Source: Sphyrna mokarran (Eukaryota). From it: DNA of 64,000 nucleotides. This document shows positions 1 to 11,429 of this stretch, in pieces; position 1 is the stretch's first letter, and every line of letters begins with the position of its first letter. Position numbers and translations under genes: made by a program. The notes under the pieces were generated by a model, which saw nothing but the letters and a program-made list of their open reading frames with translations, was not told the DNA's origin and did not search any database. The stretch covers positions 39,680,001 through 39,744,000 of the forward strand of contig JAGIQG010000005.1 of NCBI GenBank assembly GCA_024679065.1, read 5' to 3'.

Positions 1-300
1 TGTGATTGTGGCAAGAGTGCAAGAAGCTCACTTTTAAAATGTCACTAATTGCTCCTCTAACTCCATTAGGAGCAACTCACTAAGTGTATACACTGAAGAT
101 TTCTATAGATTTCAAAATACCCAGGTACCCATACGTAAGAGAATGTTACAATTCAGTCACATGATTTATGAATGATACTGCAGAGTATTTTTTTACTGAT
201 TTTTCAATGAACAGTTAAATAGATATTTTAATGTTTACTTAGACTTCTTTTTATTTTAAATTACTACACACACATACTGAGAATGAAGATAGGACTATAC

Positions 301-397
301 CAGTCTTTCTATAAATCACATGCGATGGTCTATCCTTCATAGCCAAGTCAAGTGTAGATAATCCTTCTTTATCCTGTATATTGAGACTACTCCCATG
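301..397 (-). CDS. IBTK: IBTK second coding exon (97 nt), ankyrin region
   Basis: The minus strand reads tttacag|CAT GGG AGT ... AAG ACT G|gtatag and translates HGSSLNIQDKEGLSTLDLAMKDRPSHVIYRKT. This matches human IBTK HGVSLYIQDKEGLSALDLVMKDRPTHVVFKNT as recalled, and continues in phase 0 from the previous exon. The gene continues beyond the window start. Confidence 0.93.
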
Positions 398-1459
398 CTG
401 TAAAGAGAGGTCAAACGGAAATTATAAACTTTATATAAACAAGATCATTTCAATCTACAAAGAAACTGCAATTTGAAACAGAAGTGCATGAAATTCTAGA
501 AATCAATCTACTTTAAATGGCACCACATGTGACTAAGATGTTACTCACAGCAACTAGCATATAAGAAGAGGTCTTTTTGCCAGAGTTAGTTTTGATTGGG
601 GTTACAGTCTCATTAAATTGTTCTTTGCCCATCTCTCACATTTTTCTATTGTAAATACCAATATAATCTTTTCTTCAATGTTCTTTTAGTCTATGCCTCA
701 ATTAGTGAAACAGTTCATGTTTCCAATAAATTTGTAGCTGCAGACATTTTGCCTAATCTCCCCTTTGTTCTTCCAATAACAATTGGAAGTTTATGTCTAA
801 CTGATTCAGTGAGAATAATAATGTTATTTATCCCTGCAAAGTCTTGCATTCTTTTGAAAAACTATTAGATCCTATATAAAGCTCCAATTTTAAGCTTTTT
901 TTCATATCCAAAATCACACATTGCTGATAAAATTCTCATGAATCTTCACTCTGCCCTTTTTATGGATACAAAAATGGTAAGACCAAACTGGTATTTGGTA
1001 TCCCAATTCTTGTTTGAACAGTAGCTTATATCAATATATCACTTCTGTGATAGAGTATTCAAGGCTCCATAATCTAAAACCTTGCTTTTATGTCCTCCTA
1101 TACAAGTTGAAGATCTGTTACAGATCACTCTGCAGCCTCTTGAACTTCCTTTTACTCCAAAGAATCTATTTTCAATAAACATTCCTTCACTATTATTTTT
1201 CCAAAATCATACTACTCTGCTAATCCATTCATATCTTCCAAATTCTCACTGCTATGTACCATATTACTGAACTTGGTGGTGTCAGCAAATTTCAATAGGC
1301 CATTGAACAGGAGCAATGCTACACACAAATCAAAACAGTGCTTGCACATATTACCGACACTCCTCCCTAATTTACGTTTTCGACTCTCCAAGAGATCTGA
1401 CTATCCGTGTACTCCTACTATTAGAAAAATCAAGCCTCTTTTGTCTTTCTTAAAGTAGA

Positions 1460-2236
1460 TGATGTTGGCTTGTCTGTCACTGTCAACGATGACACCTTAT
1501 GATTTGTCTCCAACTTAATACAGGCTGTGGGTTCTCATGACTACACATCGCCCCTCAAATACATCGTCCAAAAAGACAGCACCTGTTTCCCTATGTACAA
1601 TGATAACACCCAAGTCTACCTCACCGCCAGCTGTGACAACCCATCAATTTGTTTCTAAATTGTCGTTGCTTTCCAATATTCAGTACTAGAATGACAGGAT
1701 TGCCAACTGTGATTAAATGGAAGGTTCATCACATGATCTGCCTCATACTCCAGTCATTAGCCAGCCAATGCATCCATCTCCATGATGTACAGCCTTTCTG
1801 TGCCAAATGGAAAGCAGAAAGATTCATTATCCAACTGCATGATGACAGCCATTTTTTGTATTTTCAATATTATATCTGTTAAAGAATAACATTCAAAACA
1901 AAATGACAAAAATCAATCTTTTTTAGAGTTCTGATAATTTTTCGCCACGTCTCCACTCAATGGTGTCCTGGAGATTGATTTCAATTTCCTGGAGATGCTA
2001 GGTTAATCCTACTTCCAATTAAATATTTTAGTTACTCCACCACTGGCAATTGTGACTTCAGTTGCCTAGCCTCAAGTTGTGCAATTCCCTCCTTGAACCT
2101 CCCACATCACTTCAACATGCACCTTAAAATCTACTTCTTCTCACCAAGCTTTTGGCCATTGATATTGCATGAGGCTCTGCATCGATAAAACTCCTTGTGA
2201 TATTTCACTATGCTAAACAGGAAGTTGTTATTGTTG
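1460..2236 (+). mobile_element. Old L2-type LINE fragments (RT part ~1460-1790, 3' tail ~2040-2236)
   Basis: A degenerate YADDTQLY-like motif (atgtacaatgataacacccaagtctacctcacc) is present. The 3' end aagttgttattgttg is shared with the copies at 27.9 kb and 62.8 kb. Confidence 0.55.
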
Positions 2237-2471
2237 TAAAGTTCTAACTTTATAAATAATGTTTTCCCACCTCCGGTACTAGATGTCAAATTGACATGAG
2301 TGCTGATCTTTCAATTTTTTAAACCAGTCAACATATTTACAAGCAGTGATAATGGAACTTCCCTACCTAGAAAATCCAGAAACCATCCAGTACAATGAAA
2401 TAACTATGCAACTCCCACAACAAAATTAATTGGACTTTCAATATATGCACAAACAGAACAGCACACCATAC

Positions 2472-2795
2472 CTTGAGAAGAAATATTGCGCAATCAATAT
2501 GCCCATAGAACATACTTCTGTGCAGAGCTGTCCATCCAGATTCCTTATCCTTCACGGAATGATCAGCCCCTTTCTTTTCAAGAAGCCAATTCAAAACAGA
2601 TTTTTTACCACAAGACGCAGCCATGTGTAGAACTGTTCTGCCAAAACTATCCTTCAGGGAAGCCGCATTGTAGCAGTAAGATGAAAGGAAGGCTTTACTC
2701 TGACCTTCAGTTCCCTTAGTCATCACTGAAATCATGTCAAGGGCATGTTGCAGAGAGCGGCACTTTGGAGTGCAGTCAGCTGTCACTGAATTCAT
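2472..2795 (-). CDS. IBTK: IBTK first coding exon portion (108 aa, N-terminus and ankyrin repeats)
   Basis: MNSVTADCTPKCRSLQHALDMISVMTKG...GRTVLHMAASCGK...DKESGWTALHRSMFYGHIDC is the recognisable IBTK N-terminus. Donor AAG|gtatgg at 2472/2471; ATG context aggATG has A at -3. Confidence 0.95.
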
Positions 2796-3225
2796 CCTTT
2801 CTCCACTTTCGAGATCTTCAAAAGACTTAAATATCTGTTGAAGGCTATGGAACTAAGTTGCTTGGCAGCTGTACTATCAAAGTGCTAGATTTGTGCTTGT
2901 GTTACAAAAACACTGCACTCTAGCAATCTTCTAGCCTTCGTTACATTAGTTTAGTACATGAGCGCAGTGCTGGTTTAGTTCAAAGAACAGTTCTTTCAAG
3001 GTATAAAATGCTATCTATAATATATGGCACTTTGTTGCAATTAAATAGACAAAAATAGAAATTTAATTATAACATTTTTGTGGAAAATAGAAACTTGTAA
3101 ACTTTCAGTCAAAACACATCCATCACACTCTCCTGAATGTCATTTCTTCGAAGTCAGCCACCAGGGGAAGGGAAGCTCCCCCACTACTCTGTTCTTGCTT
3201 AAGCCTCCATAATTGTAAGTGCCAC
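2796..3225 (-). other. IBTK: IBTK exon 2 5' UTR with short uORFs and a stem-loop
   Basis: A strong acceptor ttcttttttcag|gtggc lies at 3226/3225 on the minus strand. Weaker AG alternatives near 3010-3014 and 2835 cannot be excluded. Confidence 0.65.
2879..2959 (-). promoter_or_regulatory. Translational control element: uORF M-Y-stop (2951-2959), uORF M-stop (2941-2946), then stem-loop (core 2883-2925)
   Basis: The minus strand reads ATG TAC TAA acta ATG TAA cgaaggctagaagat TGCTAGA GTGC a GTGTT tttgt AACAC aa GCAC aaa TCTAGCA, giving three helices of 7, 4 and 5 bp. Confidence 0.7.
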
Positions 3226-3379
3226 CTGAAAAAAGAATTTTAAAAAGTTCAGTGCACACAAAATATTCCCATGAGTTGTATTATTTAATTTTTGCTGATT
3301 TACAAGAGAAATTCCTAACTTCCCAACCCATTTTAAATTCTCACATTGAAGATCATTCTTTTCATTCCAATGAGTTTTC

Positions 3380-3668
3380 ATAGAATCGTAAAGTGCAGGA
3401 GGCTATTCGGCCCATCGAGTCTACACAGACCACAATCTCAACCAGGGCCTATTCCCATAACCCCACGCATTTACCATAGCTAGTCCCTCTGACATTAATG
3501 GACAATTTAGCATGGCCAATCCATCTAACCTGCACATCTTTGGATGGTGGGAGGAAACCCATGCAGACAAGGGGAGAATGTGCAAACTCTGCACAGACAG
3601 TGACCAAAGCCGGGAATCAAACCTGGGTCCTTGTGCTGTGAGGCACCAGTGCTAACCATTGTGCCACC
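3380..3668 (-). mobile_element. V-SINE (HE1-like tRNA-derived SINE with CR1-type tail)
   Basis: The reverse complement gives a tRNA-like head ggtggcacaatggttagcactggtgcctcacagc, a V-domain tctgtgcagagtttgcacattctcccc, and a CR1 3' tail gatgggccgaatagcctcctgcact. Confidence 0.8.
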
Positions 3669-3840
3669 TTAAAATTTCAAACGAAGTTGCAATATGAATT
3701 CAAGCAAACATAATCAAAGCATAATACAGTTTTTCCTGCATTATTTTTATTATATTCAGCATCTTCCATATAAAAAAGCAATGTGGTACAATCTGTCAAG
3801 AAGCAGAGGCAGTTTACAAGTAATTCATGTTTATATTATA

Positions 3841-3997
3841 GTGCCAAGTTTGGTGGCGTTTAAGAGGTTAGTTGATAAGTATATGGAAGAGAAGGGAATG
3901 GTTTAGTTTGGAGGGGCATTGCTTTTTATATTGGTCGGCGCAACATCGAAGGCTGAAGGGCCTGTTCTGTGCTGTAATGTTCTATGTTCTATATTCT
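3841..3997 (+). mobile_element. Short 3' end of a young CR1 LINE
   Basis: It encodes PSLVAFKRLVDKYMEEKGMV, identical to the end of the 9249-10112 ORF, and ends in ttctatg-type repeats. Confidence 0.85.
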
Positions 3998-4534
3998 ATA
4001 TTGCTGGATATTAAAAATAAGACAGATTTAAGAAAGTTAGCGTTTTGAATAAGAATGGATAAAAACTCTAGATCGGTCCATGTTAAACAAAGATTTTGCA
4101 TGTATGGGGGTTTAGGATCTCAGTTCAATGGTGACTGCATTGCACTTGGGGAGTTTACAACACGAAAGGTAAACAAGAACATTGGAGAAAGAATGAACCG
4201 TTACTTAACAACGAGGACCACTTTTTAAGTTAGGAACGTTGTGTGTGTTTAATTTTAAACTGAACCTGTTGCAGTCTTGGCTCTGTTAGAAGAGAAGCCA
4301 TACTAGGGAACAATGGACAAAAAAGCAATAAGCTAAAGCACAGTTTGTTCCAAAAACAAGAGAATGAAGAGAAGTTTCCAAGAAGACTTAAGTAAAAAGA
4401 AATAAAGCAGATTGGTAATATCTTACTATTGCCTGTTAAGTAAAAAATCGAAGCAATTGGTGGCTGGATTCCTGAAAGACCATGTGGAAGTTTGAAAGCT
4501 TTTAGTTTCAAAACAAAGGAATACTGAAGGGAGA

Positions 4535-5110
4535 ATCATAGTGCAGCAGAACCCCTTTGGCTCATCAAGTCCACACTGACACATCAGAACTCCCACCTAA
4601 TTCCATCCTCCAGCACTTAGCCCACAGTCCTGAATGCAATGATGCACCAAGTGCTCATCCGAATACTTCTTGAAGGATGTGAGGCAACACATCCCCACCA
4701 CTCTCCCAGGCAATGCACGTAAGGCCATCACCACCTTTTGGATAAAACAATTTTTTTCCCTTACATCCCCCCTAAACATCTTATCCCTCACCTTAAACCT
4801 ATGTCCCCTTGTGACTGACCCTTCAACCAAGGACAGTAACTGCTCTTTATCCACTTTGTCCATGTCTCTCAATCTTGTACACCTGAATCAGGTCGCCCCT
4901 CAGTCTTCTCTGTTTCAATGAAAACAACCCAAGTTTATTCAATTTCTCTTTATAATTTAAATGTTCCATTTCAGACAACATCCTGATAAATCTCCTCTGC
5001 ACCTTCTCCAACGCAATCGCATCCTTCCAATAATGTGGCGACCATACTGTACACACAGTAGTCTGGCTGTTGCCTCACCAAAGTTCACCAACTCCAACAT
5101 GACTTCCCTG
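4535..5110 (-). mobile_element. CR1 LINE 3' fragment
   Basis: Frameshifted ORF pieces WSPHYWKDAIALEKVQRRF, LFSLKQRRLRGDLIQVYK and TRGHRFKVR are typical of the CR1 ORF2 C-terminus. Confidence 0.85.
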
Positions 5111-5159
5111 CTTGGAAAACCTGGAGGAAGTTCCTTGCTGAAAACAACTAAGGGTAAGA

Positions 5160-5660
5160 ACTAGAATAAAAGATCAGTACGGCACAGAAGCAGGCCCTGC
5201 GGCCCACCAAGCATGCACTAATTACGTTGCCCCGTGTAGACTAATTACCAGTATACCTCTATTCCCTGCATGTTCATGTGGCCACATAGTAAGAAGTCTG
5301 ACAAAACGAGGTTTAAGTCCAACCGATTTATTTGATAGTAAACTCACAAGCTTTCTGTCTTTGTCAGGTGAGTCATGTTCATGTGTCTATCCAGATAAGT
5401 CTTCAAAGTCACTAACGTGTCTGCCTCAACCACCTCACTTGGCAGTGGAGGCCAGGCCAGGCAACACACCTCCCTCTTCCTCCCACCACACCCCACCCCC
5501 ACCCCATCTCTCTCTCTCACACACACATACAGTTAAAAATCTTCCCCCACACATCTCTACTGAACCTTCCCCCCCACCTTACATTGAACTTGTAATTGTC
5601 TTTTCTACCCTCAGAAAAAGCTTCCAACTATTTACCTTATCTATGCCCCTCATCATTTCA
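5160..5660 (-). mobile_element. CR1 LINE 3' fragment interrupted by a Penelope-derived insert
   Basis: LPSEVVEADTLVTLKTYLDRHMN is the CR1 C-terminus, and a CR1-type tail lies near 5160-5210. Confidence 0.7.
5281..5373 (-). mobile_element. Penelope pLTR 3'-end fragment (93 bp)
   Basis: It is homologous to 44225-44315 (aagaagtctgacaa...tccaaccgatttatttgatagtaaact) and is flanked by the 12-bp direct repeat catgttcatgtg at 5269-5280 and 5374-5385. Confidence 0.8.
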
Positions 5661-5689
5661 AGAGCATCACTTTAAAGAAAATTCTAACA

Positions 5690-6322
5690 TGTATCTGCTT
5701 GCAAGTGGAGTTTGGAAGCATAGGTGGCAAGCTAGACTCCAGTGACATCATTGGCTCAGTGTAATAGTCATCTGGGGGGGAATTTGAGGAAAAATCCACA
5801 GAAAATCAATTAAGTGGCATCTGCCACTTGGTTTTAGAGTGGGGTTAATCTGTTATGCTGTAGGGACTGTCTGTTTACTGAAAACCTGATAGCACAAGAT
5901 GTATTTTGTAGCTTATGTTATTGTTAAAATCTGTGTACATTTGTGGGAGTGAAGGAGTATCAAGTTTAAAGCTATTTTACTGGAATGAATTAAAATACTT
6001 ATCTACATAATGATTTCTAAATCCACATATTGCTTGCTATAATTGTTAAAAAATATATATTTTACTGGAATACATGGGTGATTATATGCCCTGTTTGACA
6101 GATTCCCTTAAACGGCACACATTCTGCTATAAATTTCAAAACAAATGGAAAATATTACTGCCATGTTTCACGTTTAATTTTTTTTGCTGTTAAAAGCTAA
6201 TTGGTAATCCTGTGACTCTGTTCATCCATCTTTTCTGAAAAGAAAGGTAACAATCTTTCGAGCCAGCATTCCTTTCTGGGACCTTGCTGTCCAATAGTAA
6301 CACCAACTGGGATCAGAATACA
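5690..6322 (+). mobile_element. Probable solo-LTR-like repeat containing an inserted inverted duplication
   Basis: Its end (gagccagcattcctttctggg...aacaccaactgggatc...aca) matches the reverse complement of 12394-12470, and internal parts resemble 50820-51000. The LTR identity is inferred. Confidence 0.4.
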
Positions 6323-7465
6323 TATAAAGAATTTCAATGCAATGTACTGAAAAAGTACTTATGAATTGACATCAGAAAAGGCTGAAATAAACAGATAAGA
6401 TGCAGGAAAAACTCATAAGGTCTAGCAGCATTGGTGGAGAAAGAGTTAAATTGAGTTGAATATAACATTTCTTGAAAATTTAGCTCTTTTCACAGATGCG
6501 GCCAGATCTGCTCAGTATTTCTAGCACTTTGTTTATATTTCAGATTTTCAGTACCTGCAGTTTTGTTGCTGTTATATCAGGTAAAGGTTGCTATGACATT
6601 CTGAAGGGAACACTGAACTTTTCCAAAAATGATACAACATTGGAGTCAACTTTTCTTGCACAGAGCATAAAATATCAGGGTGGTTTGATGACTAATAGTC
6701 TTTCATTCTGTGACAAGTCGCAAATTATGAAAGCTTTACTGTCAGTTTATTCTAACCATTCAAAGCTGCAACCCACGGGCATCTTACCTAAATTTAAAAT
6801 ACAGTGTACTGCATGCATTTGGTCAGAATCAGATAAAAACTGGCTGAAAAGCAATTGATGTGAGAAAACATAATTGGGTCTGTTGAAGCTTGCACAAAAA
6901 GTCAATTTGATCCAAGAGAATAAATAACCAAACCACGAAGCGCAATGTCCAGGGATTTGAGTAGAATACTGTTCCTCCGATAGAATTAATCACGGCCATA
7001 AGATAAAACTTCAGCCATTTCAGTAACCCTCTGGACACCAGCTTTGACTACTCCAATTGTAGTCAATATTTGTGTAATATTGTGTGTTATGGAACAACAT
7101 TATAGCCACATCCAGAGGAAAAATTAAATTAGATTTAGCGCTTTGCTTCTGCTGTATCAAAACTTGTCATTAGTTTGCTTTATTCAGAAACTCGGCCAAG
7201 TTTACCCTGAGCCCAGCAAAGTATTTCAGTTTTTATATTTACCAAATTCTGGCAGTAATATTTTCCATTTGTTTTGAAATTTATAGCAGAATGTGTGCCA
7301 TTTAAGGGAATCTGTCAAACAGAGCATATAATCAACCATGTATTCCAATAAATATATATTTTTGAACAATTATAGCAAGCATTACGTGGATTTAGAAATC
7401 ATTATGTAGATAAGTATTTTAATTCATTCCAGTAAAATAACTTTAAACTTGATACACCTTGCACT
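5948..7465. repeat. ~215-bp inverted repeat (5948-6163 versus 7250-7465)
   Basis: The arms align by eye over their full length, for example tttactggaatgaattaaaatacttatctacataatgatttctaaatccac versus gtggatttagaaatcattatgtagataagtattttaattcattccagtaaa. Confidence 0.9.
6383..6570. mobile_element. Degenerate fold-back short repeat (second, older Penelope-like pLTR family)
   Basis: The left arm ctgaaataaacaga...actcataaggtctagcagcat is inverted relative to the right arm atgcggccagatctgctcagta...tttatatttcag. It is the same family as 11430-11610 and 63823-63950. Confidence 0.55.
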
Positions 7466-7749
7466 TGTCAGGATTGAAAAAGTGCGCAGGGGAACAAAAA
7501 AGTCAGTTTCAAACAATTACCTTACACTTGCAAAGGACTGCATCAGCCCACAGAACAGCATCTGTAATTACGTTGGATTTGCAGGGCTCTAACTGAAGTC
7601 TGAACTGTTAGAAGGTCAATGCTTGTTGACATCACGCAATCAATGAAAACAGAACTCAGGACAATCCCATTTGCTCAGCTACCAATTATGTTGCTTTCTT
7701 TCTATTTGAAATGAACAATAATTGATTTTTGCACGTCGCAATGGGAGAA

Positions 7750-8060
7750 TTGGGCAAGAGCTATAGTGAGGGAACTGCAGAGCTTGACGCCTCCGTAACA
7801 GAAGGGATAGCCACCAATGGGGAACAATCATCACTGAGGATATGCAAGAAGCCAGAATTGGAGAAAGGGAGATATCTCAGAAGATTCTGGGGTTGGAACT
7901 GATTACAGAGATAGGAAGAAGCAAGGTCACAGAAGGATTTGAAAACTAGGAACAGAATTTTAAAATCAAGACATTGCTTGACAGGGAACCAATGTAGGTC
8001 AGCAAATACAAGAGATGATGGGGGAACAAGAATCATGGTAAGTTAAAACCAGGCACTTAC
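7750..8060 (-). mobile_element. L2-type LINE fragment
   Basis: ORF 7761-8036 contains LHWFPVKQCLDFKILFLVFK, an L2 ORF2 C-terminal motif. Confidence 0.75.
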
Positions 8061-8321
8061 TTACGGGAGTGCACAGTTTGCCAAAAATCAAAATATAGAA
8101 AAAGATTATTCAAAAAGATATTGAACACATCAAGAAACAGCTGAGGGGCAGAGTCGAAATGTCTGAGAAAACATAAATCTCCGACCACCTCATCAAATAT
8201 TGAATTAATAACTACCTCATTAAATTTCACATTAAATGAGAAGCAAATTATTCTCCATTCTGAGGAACGGTCCAAAATTGAAAAGACATTATGTGCATAA
8301 AGTGGAAAAGAGAAGTTAATA

Positions 8322-9055
8322 CAAGTTTTTCACACAGAGGGTTGTGGGGGTATACAATGCACTGCCAAGTAAGGTGGTGGAGGCAGGCATGCTGGAGTTA
8401 TTTAAAGGATACTTAGATAGGCACATGAGTGGAATAGAGATGAAGGGATATAGAAGACTGTTTTAAATAATGATCAAAAGGCTTGGGACGTTCCTGGGAA
8501 TCAACTGATTCCTACAGACCTTCCAACATACTCTTCTGGCTCATTTGCTTTACTTTTGAGCTTCTGGAGATTCCCTTGAATATGTGCATAAGATGTGCAT
8601 GTTATTGATGTTTTCTCTTTTATTCCACAGGCGTTTTGGCCCGCCATACATGCAATGGATCGTGCGAGGGCTGCTCTTGGATTTTGAGAGCAGCCTAGTG
8701 CTATACATCACTTAAACTGGACCAGTTGATGGGCAATACGACAGCTCAGTGACTATCACTGTTTGCTGTGCAGATGCATGGATTTGGGCCAGTATCTGTG
8801 GGAGTTTGCGCATTCTCACCGTGGTTGCGTGGGTTTTCTCCAGGTGCTCTGGTTTCCTCCTACAACTCCAAAGATGTGCTCTTAGGCTGACTGGTGAAAT
8901 AAATTGTCCCTAAATTGTCTCCCCAATCTGGTTTCCAATGTGGATTTCCATAAACATAGACAAGGGTCATGGGTGGAAGAACTCACGCTGTTGAAATGGC
9001 AGCATGGGCTCGTTGGGCTGAAGAGCCTGTTTCCCGTGCTGTGTTGTTGTTTGTT
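8322..9055 (+). mobile_element. 3' fragment of the CR1 family with a V-SINE-containing 3' UTR
   Basis: It is colinear with 25368-26038 through the ORF2 end, the unique UTR, the V-domain (~8793-8915) and the CR1 tail. Confidence 0.8.
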
Positions 9056-9150
9056 TCGAAATTCATCTCTTTCAGGTATGAGAAAGACTTACTTCAGGTG
9101 AGCCAAACTGAGTATTAAATAAGGATGAAAATAAAACTGAAGCTACTCCT

Positions 9151-10052
9151 TAGAAATAGAACATAGAACATAGAACAATACAGCACAGAACAGGCCCTTC
9201 GGCCTTCGATGTTGTGCCGACCAAAATAAAAAGCAATGCCCCTCCAAACTAAACCATTCCCTTCTCTTCCATATACTTATCAACTAACCTCTTAAACGCC
9301 ACCAAACTTGGCGCATCTACAACAGCTGCAGGCAGGGCATTCCACTCCCTAATCACTCTTTGAGTAAAGAACCTACCTCTGATATCCGTCCTATAACTCA
9401 TACCCCTTAATTTAAAGTTGTGTCCCCTCGTGCTAGCTTTCTCCATCCTAGGAAAAAGGCTATCACTGTCCACCCTATCTAAACCTCTAATCATCTTATA
9501 TGCTTCAATAAGATCCCCTCTTAGCCGCCTCCTTTCTAACGAAAACAACCTCAAATCCCTCAACCTCTCTTCATAAGACCTGCCCTCCATACCAGGCAAC
9601 ATCCTGGTAAACCTCCTCTGTACCCTCTCCAATGCCTCCACATCTTTCTTATAATGTGGGGACCAGAACTGCACACAATACTCCAAGTGCGGCCGCACTA
9701 GAGTTTTGTACAGCTGCAACATGATGCTGCGGCTCCTAAATTCAATCCCCCTACCAATAAAAGCTAAGACTCCATATGCCTTCTTAACAACTTTATCCAC
9801 TTGACTGCCTACTTTCAGGGATCTATTGACACATACACCAAGATCCTTCTGTTCCTCAACACTATTAAGAGCCCTACCATTAGCCCTATACTCTACACAT
9901 TTATTGTTCCTGCCAAAGTGCATTACCTCACACTTTTCCACATTAAACTCCATTTGCCACCTCTCGGCCCAGCTCTGCAACTTGTCCAAGTCACTCTGTA
10001 AACTAAAACACCCCTCTTCACTATCTACCACACCACCAACTTTAGTATCTGT
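9151..10052 (-). mobile_element. Young 5'-truncated CR1 LINE with an intact ORF2 C-terminal frame
   Basis: Uninterrupted DTKVGG...WAERWQMEFNVEKC...LVRPHLEYCVQFWSP...TRGHNFKL, with an (atagaac)n tail at 9156-9178. Confidence 0.93.
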
Positions 10053-10259
10053 ACCAACTGTAATGCTACTGAAATCATTCCATTCAACACTCAGATGACG
10101 ATTACAGTACATATCACCTACAACAACTCTAAGTTACTTTAACAAAATGTAATAGTTTTTTCTATCATTGCAAAAGGTAAGAGCCATAATGCTATGGAGA
10201 ATTTTAGCATACCCAGGTGACACACCATTTTGACTTTGCCATATAATCAGCAATTTTTC

Positions 10260-11066
10260 ATAAGGATGTAAGACATGGGAGCAGAATTAGGTAACTTGCT
10301 CATCAAGTTTGTTCTCTCATTCAATCATGGTTGATATTTTTCTCATCCCCATTCTCCTGCCTTTTCCCCATAACCCGTGATCCCCTTATTAATCAAGAAC
10401 CAATCTATCTTAAAGACACGCAGTGATCTGATCTCCACAGTCTTTTGGGGCAGAGTTCCACAGATTTACCACACTCTGGCTGAAGAAATTCCTCATCTGT
10501 TTTAAAGGGTCATTCCCTTTAGCCTGACGTTGTGCTCTCTGGTTCTAGGTTTTCCTACTAGTGGAAACATCTTCTCCACGTCCACGCTATCCAGGCGTCA
10601 CAGTATCCCGTAAGTTTCAATAAGATCCCCTCCTCATCCTTCTAAACTCCAGCAAGTACAGACCCAGAGTCCTCAACTGTTACTCATATGACAAGCTCTT
10701 CATTCAAGGATCATTCTTGCAAACCTCCACAGAATCCTTCCCAAGGCCAGCACATCCTTCCTCAGGTACAGGGCCTAAACCTGTTCACAATACTCCAAAT
10801 GTGATCTGACCAGAGCCTTATACAACCTCAGTACATCCCTGCTCTTGTATTCTAGCCCTCTTGACATGAATGATAACACTGCATTTACCTTTCGAACTGC
10901 CGACTGAACATGCACATTAACGTTAAAAGAATCTTGAACAAGGACTCCCAAGTGCCTTTTGTACTTCTCATTTCCTAAGCATTTCCCCATTTAGAAAATA
11001 GCCTATGCCTCCATTCCTCCTTCCAAAGTGCATAATGTCACACTTTTCCACATTGTATTCCATCTT
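10260..11066 (-). mobile_element. CR1 LINE 3' fragment
   Basis: GLEYKSRDVLRLYKALVRSHLEYC is present, with a CR1 tail near 10260-10330. Confidence 0.85.
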
Positions 11067-11429
11067 TCTAGATCAACATACTAATTTCCAATGTAAGATA
11101 ACATAATAAAAACTTCTGAGCATCAGGAAGACCTATCACTATCTACTCAGAAATTGGAGTTGGTGAATAAATAGTCTTATCAGCACGCAATCAAACCCCA
11201 AATTTAAAAAGCTGGAAACTGATCCATGAAAACAACATGAGTCCTTTGAGATTTAACAGGGCAAGTTAAATGCAAAATGAATATTTTGCATCTGTTTTCA
11301 TTACAGGTGAACTGGGGAAATGTGAATAAATTATGTAACTGTTTGAATTATGTTAGAATGGTTATGAAGAGACCTCTAGAAATTAATGCTAATAAATCAC
11401 TGAAGGTCCCAAAACAAGAGAAACAGATC

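Noticed and set aside
2367-2471. C-terminal 34 aa of the 142-aa ORF
   Set aside because: This is read-through into the intron past the donor at 2472. IBTK homology resumes in the exon at 301-397.
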